A stretch of 64,000 nucleotides of DNA, from the NCBI GenBank assembly GCA_002425935.1, contig DINE01000027.1, positions 43,742 to 107,741 of the forward strand. Reading direction: 5' to 3'. Shown here piece after piece: positions 49,273-58,957 of the stretch. Made by a program: the position numbers and the translations under genes. The DNA comes from Bacteroidales bacterium UBA5548. GTDB lineage: Bacteria > Bacteroidota > Bacteroidia > Bacteroidales > UBA932. Position 1 is the stretch's first letter. Each line of letters starts with the position of its first letter. Under the pieces are notes generated by a model. The model was not told where the DNA came from. It saw only the letters and a list, made by a program, of their open reading frames with translations, and made no database searches.

Positions 49273-50154
49273 ATGAAAACCCCCTCACTGATTTTGCTTT
49301 GCAGCACAATTTTACTCACAGGCTGCTCTTCTTTCTTTCAACTTATCAATGTAAGTCCCTCGGCAGGAGTTAAAAACATCTCTTATTCGCAAGAGCCACA
49401 AAATCCGCTCTTTGTGTTTCAATATTCCGACACTACAGCGAATGAATTCCTTAAAGAACTCAGAAGTAGTTACCGGATAGACAAATTGGTTGCGGAAGAT
49501 AATACCGAATTTGAGAAAATTAAATCTATACTGGATTGGACTAACAGCCGATGGAGCCACAATGGTAGCAACTCTCCATCCAAATCTGATGCTTTAACTA
49601 TTCTTAAAGAGGCAAAAGAGGGGAAACAGTTTCGTTGTGTTGAATATGGCATTGTTGCAGCGGCAGCTATGAACAGTATCGGTATTCCTGCCAGAACTTT
49701 GGGGCTGAAATCAAGAGATGTAGAGAAGGTTCGAAGAGGAGCGGGACATGTTGTTACTGAGGCCTATTCTAAAGAGCTGGGCAAGTGGATTTTTATGGAT
49801 CCTCAGATGAATATTATTCCGGTAATAAACGGAGTGCCGCTTAACGGTGTTGAGTTTCAGAGAGAGATATACAACAAAAATCCTGAATTAAAGTTAATCA
49901 ACAAGCAAGGAGAGCTCAATAGTGAAGATAAAAGAAACTATATCAAATGGATAGGAAAATATCTATTCTACTTTGATGTTCTTTTCGATCAAAAAACTCT
50001 TGATTCTGATAAATTTAAATCAATAAATGGTATGACCAAGGTGACTCTGGTGCCTGTAGGTTACAAAGAGCCTAAAGTATTCCAGCGCCGCTATAAAATT
50101 AACTACAGCTTCTATACCAATTCGTTAAACGACTTTTACAGAAACCCATTTTAA
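49273..50154 (+). CDS. Transglutaminase-like lipoprotein
   Basis: Lipobox LTGC; Cys-His-Asp triad in FRCVEY, GHVVTE, WIFMDP. Confidence 0.85.
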   Translation: MKTPSLILLCSTILLTGCSSFFQLINVSPSAGVKNISYSQEPQNPLFVFQYSDTTANEFLKELRSSYRIDKLVAEDNTEFEKIKSILDWTNSRWSHNGSNSPSKSDALTILKEAKEGKQFRCVEYGIVAAAAMNSIGIPARTLGLKSRDVEKVRRGAGHVVTEAYSKELGKWIFMDPQMNIIPVINGVPLNGVEFQREIYNKNPELKLINKQGELNSEDKRNYIKWIGKYLFYFDVLFDQKTLDSDKFKSINGMTKVTLVPVGYKEPKVFQRRYKINYSFYTNSLNDFYRNPF

Positions 50155-50186
50155 TTATAAATTTTAATATCAGATCAATTTTAAAT

Positions 50187-50828
50187 ATGAAAATCATTGC
50201 AATTAACGGAAGCCCCAGAAAAAAGTGGAACACACACATTTTACTTGAAAAATGCCTTGAAGGGGCAAGAGAGGCGGGAGCACAGACAGACATTATAAAT
50301 CTTTATGATATTCATTTTAAGGGATGTACAAGTTGTTTCGCTTGTAAATTGAAAGGAAACACTTTAAAGAAATGTGCAATGAAAGACGATCTGGAGATAG
50401 TTCTCGAGAAAATTTGTGATTGCGACGCATTGGTTTTGGGATCTCCAATTTACTTCACCTCTGTAAGCGGAGAAATGAGATCATTTATGGAGAGGTTGCT
50501 TTTTCCTTACTCATCTTACGAAGGAAAACCCTCTTCTTTCGGTAAAAAGATCAATACAGCATTTATCTATACAATGAATGCACCATCGTTTGCATTGCCG
50601 CTTATTGGATACACTAAACTTTTCAAGTACAACAGAAAAATTTTAAAACATATATTCGGCAACAGCGAAAAGTTAATCTCTACCTCAACATACCAATTTG
50701 ATGACTACAGCAAATATGCAATGACCTATTTTGACGGGCAAAAGAGACTTAAGAGGCGTGAGACAGTGTTCACGGAAGATTGCAAAAAAGCCTTTGAATT
50801 GGGTAAGAGGCTATCCGAGAGTAAATAA
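50187..50828 (+). CDS. Flavodoxin family / iron-sulfur flavoprotein
   Basis: INGSPRKKWNT, GCTSCFAC, LGSPIYF. Confidence 0.9.
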   Translation: MKIIAINGSPRKKWNTHILLEKCLEGAREAGAQTDIINLYDIHFKGCTSCFACKLKGNTLKKCAMKDDLEIVLEKICDCDALVLGSPIYFTSVSGEMRSFMERLLFPYSSYEGKPSSFGKKINTAFIYTMNAPSFALPLIGYTKLFKYNRKILKHIFGNSEKLISTSTYQFDDYSKYAMTYFDGQKRLKRRETVFTEDCKKAFELGKRLSESK

Positions 50829-50851
50829 CCTACATCAAATACTTATAGGCC

Positions 50852-51211
50852 ATGAAAACAAACAAGGAGCATGACGAACGAATTGCAAAGATGACATTTG
50901 CATCTGTTTACCCTTACTACGTTGCTAAAGTTGAAAAAAAGGGCAGGAGTGTTCAGGAGTTGCATCAGATTATTGAGTGGCTTACAGGATATGACGAAAA
51001 TGCCATAAATAAGTTGATAAACAGTGAGATTACCTTTGAAGCTTTTTTTGAAAATGCCCGTTTGAATCCTAATGCTCAGAAGATTACCGGAGTTATTTGT
51101 GGTTACAGAATCGAAGAGATAGAGAATTTAACAACCAGACAGGTAAGGTATCTTGATAAGCTTGTTGATGAGCTTGCAAAGGGTAAAAAAATTGAAAAGA
51201 TTTTAAGGTAG
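50852..51211 (+). CDS. DUF2200 family protein
   Basis: MTFASVYPYY, KKGR, WLTGY, ITGVICG, RYLDKLVDELAKG. Confidence 0.9.
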   Translation: MKTNKEHDERIAKMTFASVYPYYVAKVEKKGRSVQELHQIIEWLTGYDENAINKLINSEITFEAFFENARLNPNAQKITGVICGYRIEEIENLTTRQVRYLDKLVDELAKGKKIEKILR

Positions 51212-51218
51212 TTTCAGT

Positions 51219-51773
51219 ATGTTAAAAGGGACGTTAGTTACAAGCAGGCTTTTATTAAAGGAGGCAGTTCACGAAGAGTGTAGTGAGCTTAAGAGTGTAC
51301 TATATACCTGGACAGACAAACAATTGGTTGAGGGTTCCGGGTACGAAAGTGAAGAGTTTGAGAAATGGATTTCAGAGGGTGACCTACCCCCGATAGAAAA
51401 TGCCTCTAAAGAAAACTACAGATTAAAATCCATATATCTTAATGAGGAGAATAAATTAATAGGATATACAGGATTATATATGGGGTATCCCTCCAAAGAT
51501 TGTTTGTGGATTGGAATATTAGTTATTGATTCGGGTTATCGTAAGAACGGCTATGCACAAGAGGTAATATCATGTATATCTGATGAAGCGTGTGCTAACG
51601 GATTTTCAAGTCTTGGCATTGCTGTTTATCTCAATAACTGGAGAGCCTTAAGGTTTTGGACTAAAGCCGGCTTTGACCGAGTCACCGGCATCTCATGTGA
51701 TGGAGAGTACAAAGAGGAAAAATTTGCTACGATTAAGCTTAAAAAAGAGCTGAATGCTACGGTTATTTTATGA
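51219..51773 (+). CDS. GNAT family acetyltransferase
   Basis: YRKNGYA, NWRALRFWTKAGF. Confidence 0.85.
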   Translation: MLKGTLVTSRLLLKEAVHEECSELKSVLYTWTDKQLVEGSGYESEEFEKWISEGDLPPIENASKENYRLKSIYLNEENKLIGYTGLYMGYPSKDCLWIGILVIDSGYRKNGYAQEVISCISDEACANGFSSLGIAVYLNNWRALRFWTKAGFDRVTGISCDGEYKEEKFATIKLKKELNATVIL

Positions 51774-51936
51774 CTCAACTCATAAAACTACGAAGAACAT
51801 AGAAAATTTAAATAAACAATCAACAGAATTACAATCTGTTGACATTCAGGAGAAATCTAAACAAATTCTTAATGATTAAAAATTATATTCAATTATAAGT
51901 TTGATTAATTTCGCACCATCAAAAATTCCACTTTGC

Positions 51937-54189
51937 ATGGATCCGATCTATCTTATACTTATTGCAATCTTATTTTTGCTCGCTATTTCGGACTTAATTG
52001 TTGGAGTGAGTAATGATGCGGTGAATTTTTTAAATTCAGCCGTTGGATCAAAGGCAGCTCCTATAAAAACACTAATGCTTGTTGCTGCAACGGGAATACT
52101 TGCAGGTACTGTCTTTTCCGGAGGTATGATGGAGATTGCCAGAAGTGGTGTCTTCTACCCCGAAAAATTCACATTTGCGCATATAATGTTGATTTTTATT
52201 GCGGTAATGATTGCAGATGTAATACTGCTTGATGCATTTAACACAATAGGGTTCCCCACATCTACTACTGTTTCGCTTATTTTTGAACTTTTAGGAGCAT
52301 CAGTTGCAATAGCTTTGTTCAATATTTCAAGTGGTCCCGTTGCAGGGTCATTAGGGGATTATATTAATTCGGGTAAAGCCCTTACTGTTGTTTCAGGTAT
52401 ATTGGTGTCAATTCTAATAGCTTTCATAGCTGGTGCAGTTATTCAGTATATAGTCAGATTAATTTTCACGTTTAACTACGAGAAAAAACTCAAATATTTA
52501 GGAGGATTCTTTGGAGGGATTGCAATAACTATCATTGTCTATTTTATTCTTATAAAGGGTGCAAAAGATGCTGCTTTTATGACACCTCAAAACTATCACT
52601 GGATTAAAAGTAACAGTCTGCAGCTTATTATCTTATGCTTTACAGGAACATCGGCATTACTATATCTTCTTAACCTCTTATTTAAGATTAATATTCTTAA
52701 AATAATTGTTCTTGTTGGCACTTTCGCGTTAGCGATGGCTTTTGCCGGAAACGACCTGGTAAACTTTATAGGTGTCCCTTTGGCAGGATACGACTCTTAT
52801 ATAAATTTTGCAAATACACCAGGAGCCGATTCTACTTCATTTACGATGGAATCTCTTAATGGTCCCGTTAAAACTCCTCTTGTCTTCTTACTTATTTCCG
52901 GATTAATTATGGTGATTACACTTTACAAGTCAAGAAAAGCCAGAACGGTAATAATGACAGAAGTTAATCTTAGCCGTCAGGACGAAGGAGATGAAAAATT
53001 TGGTTCAACAGCGTTATCGAGGGGAATAGTCAGTATCTCCATAGGAATCAACAGGATCTTTTCCGGATTAATACCTGAAGAGTTTAAAAATAAAATCTCA
53101 AAGCGTTTTGTACCTCAGTCACATGACAGAAGAGATAAAGACAAACCTGCTTTTGATCTCTTAAGGGCTGCCGTTAATCTAGTTGTATCTAGTGCGTTGA
53201 TAGCATTAGGCACATCATTAAAACTCCCGCTTTCAACTACTTATGTCACATTTATGGTGGCAATGAGTACCAGCTTTTCAGACGGAGCATGGGACAGAGA
53301 GAGTGCGGTTTACAGAATAACAGGAGTATTTTCTGTTATAGGCGGGTGGTTTTTTACTGCAATTTCGGCATTTGCTCTTGCATTTATTCTTGCTTCCATA
53401 TTTATTTACGGAGGAACTGGTGCTGTGTTTGTAATGGTTTTAGTGGCAGCAGTTATGGCATACCGTACTCACAAAATTCATTTGCGAAAAGAGGAGGCAG
53501 GGAAAGTTTTGAAAAGTGAAGAGGAGGTTACTAATGCTGAAAACATGGGCGAACTTTTGATACAAAACTCTCGTGACGTACTTCTAAAAGTGAGTCAATC
53601 CTTAAATAAAATTATAAACGAATCTGAAAATTCAGCCATAGCAGAACTGAGAGGGGTTAGAAAAGAGATTACTCTAATGCAAATTAGGGCAAAAAATCAC
53701 AGAAAGGTTATTTCACGGCTACTTAAGGGGATTGCAGAACACCAGACAGAAAAGGCATACAACACTATAAGAGTGCAAGATAATATTTTACAAATAATTA
53801 ATTGCACCGATATTATTGCCTGTTCAACATATAATCATCTGGCGAACTATCATAAACCTTTAAACGACCAACAATATAACGACCTAAGAACTATTGCAGC
53901 AAACCTTACACTTTTGATTGATTTAATAATCAAGATTCTTGGGCAGAAAGATGAAAAATCACTTTTAGAGTTGGAAAACATCAAAGAGATTATTGAATTG
54001 TCTGTTGACAAAGCCAGTCAAAATGAAGTAAAACGGATTAGAGAAGAAAAGACAGGAAATCGCAGTAGTATATTATTTATGAGTATTTTGCAGGAAGTCA
54101 GAAATATAATACACTTTTCATCTCAAGTTGTTAAACATCTGCCAGAAGCCGTTCAAGAAAAGCAGACAATAAATAACGCTAATCTGTAA
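51937..54189 (+). CDS. Inorganic phosphate transporter (PiT) with C-terminal helical PhoU-like region
   Basis: GVSNDAVNF, PTSTT, AGNDLVNF, PLSTT repeats. Confidence 0.9.
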   Translation: MDPIYLILIAILFLLAISDLIVGVSNDAVNFLNSAVGSKAAPIKTLMLVAATGILAGTVFSGGMMEIARSGVFYPEKFTFAHIMLIFIAVMIADVILLDAFNTIGFPTSTTVSLIFELLGASVAIALFNISSGPVAGSLGDYINSGKALTVVSGILVSILIAFIAGAVIQYIVRLIFTFNYEKKLKYLGGFFGGIAITIIVYFILIKGAKDAAFMTPQNYHWIKSNSLQLIILCFTGTSALLYLLNLLFKINILKIIVLVGTFALAMAFAGNDLVNFIGVPLAGYDSYINFANTPGADSTSFTMESLNGPVKTPLVFLLISGLIMVITLYKSRKARTVIMTEVNLSRQDEGDEKFGSTALSRGIVSISIGINRIFSGLIPEEFKNKISKRFVPQSHDRRDKDKPAFDLLRAAVNLVVSSALIALGTSLKLPLSTTYVTFMVAMSTSFSDGAWDRESAVYRITGVFSVIGGWFFTAISAFALAFILASIFIYGGTGAVFVMVLVAAVMAYRTHKIHLRKEEAGKVLKSEEEVTNAENMGELLIQNSRDVLLKVSQSLNKIINESENSAIAELRGVRKEITLMQIRAKNHRKVISRLLKGIAEHQTEKAYNTIRVQDNILQIINCTDIIACSTYNHLANYHKPLNDQQYNDLRTIAANLTLLIDLIIKILGQKDEKSLLELENIKEIIELSVDKASQNEVKRIREEKTGNRSSILFMSILQEVRNIIHFSSQVVKHLPEAVQEKQTINNANL

Positions 54190-54201
54190 TTATACGCAGT
54201 G

Positions 54202-54912
54202 CTATAGTCTGGATAGAAATTGTTCACGGTAAGAGGAGCCGACAGGCAGTCTGGTTCCTTTAATGGTAACCTGATGTCTTTCAATTATCTCAATTGCGGT
54301 AAGTGAGACTATATAGGATTTGTGAATCCTTACAAACGACTCTTTGGGTAACAGACCAATTGCCTCTTTCATTGTCATTAGAGACATAATTTTCTCTTTA
54401 ACTGTGTGGAAGACCAGATAGTTGCCCGAAGCTTCCACATATAAAATTGAACCGGTTCCCACTCTATGTACTTTGCTCCCACTCTTAATATTTAAGAGAG
54501 TCTCCTCTGCTTGAGGCAAGGTACTTGCCTCCACAGAATTGATATTGACTGTTCGTGACTTTTGAGATATTTCTTCAGCCTTGGTTACAGCCTTGAGAAA
54601 ACGGTCATACCGGATTGGTTTTAAAAGGTAGTCAACGGCGTTGTACTCATAACTTTCGGCACCATATTCGGCATACGCTGTTGTAAAAATTATCTCAGGA
54701 CAGTGAGTTAGTGATTTAATCAGCTGTATTCCAGTTAACTCCGGCATATTTATATCCAGGAAAATTAAATCAACTCTGTTCTTAACAAGAAATGCGTGAG
54801 CTTTCACCGGATTAGAAAATGTTCCGGCCAGTTCAAGAGATTCTGTCTTAAGCACATAAGATTTAAGAAGATCTATGGCATAAGGCTCGTCATCTACAAT
54901 TATACACCTCAT
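54202..54912 (-). CDS. LytTR family response regulator
   Basis: IVDDEP, FLDINMP, DYLLKP, FVRIHKSYIV. Confidence 0.95.
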   Translation of the reverse strand: MRCIIVDDEPYAIDLLKSYVLKTESLELAGTFSNPVKAHAFLVKNRVDLIFLDINMPELTGIQLIKSLTHCPEIIFTTAYAEYGAESYEYNAVDYLLKPIRYDRFLKAVTKAEEISQKSRTVNINSVEASTLPQAEETLLNIKSGSKVHRVGTGSILYVEASGNYLVFHTVKEKIMSLMTMKEAIGLLPKESFVRIHKSYIVSLTAIEIIERHQVTIKGTRLPVGSSYREQFLSRL

Positions 54913-54917
54913 TTTTA

Positions 54918-55955
54918 TTAAAGTTGAATTGTCAAGTTAACAATAAAAATCTTTCCATCATTAAATATCTCCAGCACGTGACTCGATGGGTAGAGAATCG
55001 AAAGCCTCTTCTTTACATTTTCCAGACCTATCCCCGAAGCGTCTCCGACTCCATTCTCTCTCTTATTATTGACAATTGGATTGCTAACATATAGATTCAG
55101 TAATCCATTTTTACAACTGATTGCGATTTTTATCTCTGATGGGGTATTAAACGAGATTCCGTACTTAAAAGCGTTTTCAATAAATGGGACAAGTAAAAGA
55201 GGCGGTATCGTGTAGTCATTATAATCACTGCTTATTTCAAGTGAAATCTTAAGAGGCATATCTGCAGATATTCTCATCTTCTGCAATGCTACAAACCCCT
55301 CAATATGATCGGTCTCTTTTCTTAGCGAAACTTTATTGATGTTGCTGTCATACAGTACGTACCGTAGTTGTGATGAGATTTTTTCAATAATGTCAGCAGT
55401 TCTCTCATCCCCGTTGGTTGTAGCACTCGAAAATGCCATGTTTAACATATTAAAGAGTACATGGGGATTAACCTGAGCCTTTAAAAAATCCAGTTCTGCA
55501 CTTAGTTTCTGTGCCTTAAGCTCCTGCTTTTGCTTCTCGGACTTAAGCCACTTTTTTATAAATCCGTAACCAAGTGCAATTCCAAGGACAAATAAGTTAA
55601 AAGTAAGAGTGACAACAAACTGGCTGTACAAGGGTTCCTCTTCACTTGAATAATAAGCCGGAAACAGCAAATAATCGATTATAGATTCGATAGCAGTGAT
55701 GCCTACAAGCGTTAATGTTATACAGGCAAAAAGATATGCATTGGATCTTATCTGGTTGTACCTGCCAATCAATCTGAAGGAGACAGTATAGAAGAGAATT
55801 ATGTTAAAAATCGTACCAAGTGCAATTGACGAGACAAACCCATCGCTCTCTCGTTTAACATTTCCAACAGTTTGGGCAAAAGCTGCAAAAATGATGAATC
55901 CAGAAATCCATATTACTGCATGAACTATGTATTCTTTATTAATTGAAATCTTCAT
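54918..55955 (-). CDS. LytS/YehU-type sensor histidine kinase
   Basis: TM region, LKAQVNPHVLFN, ENAFKYG, GIGLENVKKRL. Confidence 0.93.
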   Translation of the reverse strand: MKISINKEYIVHAVIWISGFIIFAAFAQTVGNVKRESDGFVSSIALGTIFNIILFYTVSFRLIGRYNQIRSNAYLFACITLTLVGITAIESIIDYLLFPAYYSSEEEPLYSQFVVTLTFNLFVLGIALGYGFIKKWLKSEKQKQELKAQKLSAELDFLKAQVNPHVLFNMLNMAFSSATTNGDERTADIIEKISSQLRYVLYDSNINKVSLRKETDHIEGFVALQKMRISADMPLKISLEISSDYNDYTIPPLLLVPFIENAFKYGISFNTPSEIKIAISCKNGLLNLYVSNPIVNNKRENGVGDASGIGLENVKKRLSILYPSSHVLEIFNDGKIFIVNLTIQL

Positions 55956-56205
55956 ATATGTTTAAGTACTCTAAATCCGATACTGTTTATTGCCACTTCA
56001 AATTTAAGCTTATTAAAGCGTTATCATAAGGTTGTTTGACGAAAATTCAATAAATGTATTTAAACATCCATTTTCAAAGGATAAAAACGGTACATCAAGC
56101 AATGAATAATGTTTGAAGAGTATTATGCACGTTTGACATAATAATTTGTGAACATATTTACTCAAATCTACTTTCGTCAAAAAATAACAGTTAAACTCTA
56201 AAAAA

Positions 56206-57642
56206 ATGAAAAAATTATTATTCGCCCTCTTAACACTACTTATCTGTACAGTAAGTTTTGCAAACAGCCATAAGGGGAAATGGTATGGCGAACTACATGT
56301 TAACTCCTCACTTAAGCTAACAATTGCATTCGAAATTGAATCTGATACAAACAGAGAGTACAATGCGGTAATGCATAGTGTAGACCAGAAGAGCTTTAAT
56401 ATTGCCGTAGATAATATAACAGTGTTGGGAGACACAATTATGCTGGAGGTTAAAATGCTCGGGGTAATGTACAAAGGAGTACTAGCCGCAGATTCGGTTT
56501 CCGGAGAGAAAAACAGACTTACAGGAACGTTTGGTAATCCGGGAAAAGATGGCCTCTCTCTAAATCTTACAAGATGTGATGTATTCCCTTTCCATGTTGC
56601 AAAAAGACCTCAGGAGCCCAAAAAGCCCTACCCATATCATTCAGAAGATGTAAGCTTTGTAAATAAAAAATTGGGTATTTCCCTAAAAGGGACCTTAACT
56701 AGGCCTTTTGGCTCAGGTAAATACCCGTCAGCAATTTTAATATCGGGTTCAGGTCCATCTGACAGAAACCAAACAATTTTTGGGCATAAAGTGTTTCTGG
56801 TTATTGCAGACTATCTGACCAGAAATGGTTTTGCTGTTTTACGTTATGACGACAGAGGAGCAGGAGAGTCTGAGGGCAATTTTAGAAATGCAACATTAAG
56901 AGATCACGCCGAGGATGCCTCATTCGCAATAGAGTATCTTAAATCCAGAACAGACATAGATTCAACTAATATAGGACTAATTGGCCACAGCCTTGGAGCA
57001 GAGATTGCACCAATCGCTGCCACAATAAACAGCAGCGCATCGTTTCTGGTTTTAATGGCAGGAGCCGGAATCTCTTTAAATGAGGTTATCTTTGAGCAGT
57101 CTGATGCAATTTATACGTCTAGAGGTGCATCAAAAGAGGCGGTTGCTCTTAACAGAGAAATTCTTGCCAATGCAATTGAAATATTTAAAAATTCAGCAAA
57201 TGACAGTATCGCCAAAGAGGATGTTAAAAAAGCATTAGCAACATTTGACGCCAGGGTCAAAACTCTTGATCAGAGAGACAGAGATATAACCGGGCTAAAC
57301 TCTCCACTAAAGTTTTCAAACTACAGCGGCCTTTTATTACCATTTATGCGTTATGATCTGTTTCACAATCCTTCAGAAATTTTAAAACAGGTTAAGACCC
57401 CTGTTTTTGCCCTTATCGGAGATAAAGACATTCAGGTATTGCCACACAACCTTAAAGTTATTGAAGAGGCTCTGATTTCGGGAGGCAACAAAAGAGTTAC
57501 CACTAAGCTTTATAAAAACCTAAACCATCTGTTACAAAACTGTACAACAGGAGATGTTTCTGAATATGGAGAGATAGAGGAGACAATATCTGAAGAGGTT
57601 GTATTTGACATAATTAATTGGATAAAAACTCAGACTCTTTAA
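56206..57642 (+). CDS. Secreted alpha/beta hydrolase
   Basis: Signal peptide, ISGSG, RYDDRG, GHSLG, GDKDIQV, LNH. Confidence 0.9.
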   Translation: MKKLLFALLTLLICTVSFANSHKGKWYGELHVNSSLKLTIAFEIESDTNREYNAVMHSVDQKSFNIAVDNITVLGDTIMLEVKMLGVMYKGVLAADSVSGEKNRLTGTFGNPGKDGLSLNLTRCDVFPFHVAKRPQEPKKPYPYHSEDVSFVNKKLGISLKGTLTRPFGSGKYPSAILISGSGPSDRNQTIFGHKVFLVIADYLTRNGFAVLRYDDRGAGESEGNFRNATLRDHAEDASFAIEYLKSRTDIDSTNIGLIGHSLGAEIAPIAATINSSASFLVLMAGAGISLNEVIFEQSDAIYTSRGASKEAVALNREILANAIEIFKNSANDSIAKEDVKKALATFDARVKTLDQRDRDITGLNSPLKFSNYSGLLLPFMRYDLFHNPSEILKQVKTPVFALIGDKDIQVLPHNLKVIEEALISGGNKRVTTKLYKNLNHLLQNCTTGDVSEYGEIEETISEEVVFDIINWIKTQTL

Positions 57643-57700
57643 CAATCTTCTGATTTTTATTTATATATTTGTCTTCTAACCTCTTAAACAAATCACTCTC

Positions 57701-58273
57701 ATGAATATTAACCAATGCCCAAAATGTAACAAAACATTTCCATTGAATTCAAAATATTGCGATATCGATGGTGTTGAATTAGTTATGGTTGAATATATAT
57801 ATAAAGGTGACTATATTGAACCCACTTTAGGAAGACGGTTCTTAGCCTACTTTCTAGATGGTCTTGTTGTTGTAGCATTGTCGCTACCTGCATTTATTGT
57901 CCTTTCAATCATATTAGTCAACTTTTTCAGCGGAGGTGGTGTGAATGGTTCTATGATTCTTCTTCTGGCATTCCTTTTCATAATACCATTAACATATACT
58001 TTGCTGAAAGACTCTTTTGGTCAGGGCCAAAGCTTAGGTAAAAGAGCGGTAGGAGTGATGGTAGTACACATTACAGACAATAAGCCATGTTCAGCATCAC
58101 AATCTACTTTAAGAAATCTGGTTATTGTATTCTTTGGATTTATTCCATTAGTTGGCTGGTTGATTGAGCCACTTATGGTTATGGTTTCGGATAATGGTGA
58201 GCGTATTGGCGATAAAGCTGCAAACACAAGAGTGATAGATGTAAGGAGTTATAATAAATCTCTACGCATATGA
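57701..58273 (+). CDS. RDD family protein with N-terminal zinc-ribbon-like motif
   Basis: CPKC...CDID, RRFLAYFLD, GQSLGK, RIGDKAANTRV. Confidence 0.88.
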   Translation: MNINQCPKCNKTFPLNSKYCDIDGVELVMVEYIYKGDYIEPTLGRRFLAYFLDGLVVVALSLPAFIVLSIILVNFFSGGGVNGSMILLLAFLFIIPLTYTLLKDSFGQGQSLGKRAVGVMVVHITDNKPCSASQSTLRNLVIVFFGFIPLVGWLIEPLMVMVSDNGERIGDKAANTRVIDVRSYNKSLRI

Positions 58274-58896
58274 AAAACAGACTAAATATATTCAGGAGTG
58301 CAAGCGTGACTTTTATGCTTGCGCTATTTATTAGCGCAGTTCTCTCGATTGGACTTATCTCGTGTAAAAGCTCAGAGAAGGGTAGCGACCGTGCTTCGAT
58401 TAATACTAGTGTCAATGTAGTAATTACCGAGGCAGAAGTTTCGCAAGCACAACAAGCATGGGGAGAAGGGATTGTTAAGATAGGAGAGGTATATAAGAGT
58501 GGAGGAGATTATAAAGCTGCTGCAACAGAGCATATCAATAATTTTTACAACTATCAGGAGGGAACAGTCTTGTTTAAACCAACTCTGGTATCGCAAAAAC
58601 AGTTTAGGCTCGACTTTCAGGGAGCCCTTTCCTATTTTATAGCCGGAGACAGCAGTTATCCGGAAGATCATGGATTTGCCATTAAGCCGTGGAGCAGTGT
58701 TCGTTGGGAAAATGTAGAGACTAAAATTGTTGGAGGAGTAGCTCTCGCTATGGGTAACTACTATTTTACTCCGGTTGCCGGCGGGGACGAAGTAAAAGTG
58801 GAGTACTCGTTTGCATATGTAAAAGACAGAGAGGGTAAACTCAAAATTATTCTTCACGATTCACATATACCTTATTCTCCGGCAGACAAACATTAA
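58270..58896 (+). CDS. COG4337-like lipoprotein (SnoaL/NTF2-like fold)
   Basis: Lipobox LISC, AQQAWG, VLFKPT, GALSYF, EDHGFA, AMGNYYF, KVEY, ILHDSHIPY. Confidence 0.65.
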   Translation: MKNRLNIFRSASVTFMLALFISAVLSIGLISCKSSEKGSDRASINTSVNVVITEAEVSQAQQAWGEGIVKIGEVYKSGGDYKAAATEHINNFYNYQEGTVLFKPTLVSQKQFRLDFQGALSYFIAGDSSYPEDHGFAIKPWSSVRWENVETKIVGGVALAMGNYYFTPVAGGDEVKVEYSFAYVKDREGKLKIILHDSHIPYSPADKH

Positions 58897-58957
58897 TTAC
58901 TCAACCTTGAATTGTTTAACATATCTTTGCGGCTTCAATTTTAATAAAGCATAAAGA

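Noticed and set aside
56030-56140. GTTTGA direct repeats as LytTR binding sites
   Set aside because: Only 6-bp matches in AT-rich DNA; plausible but not supportable by eye.
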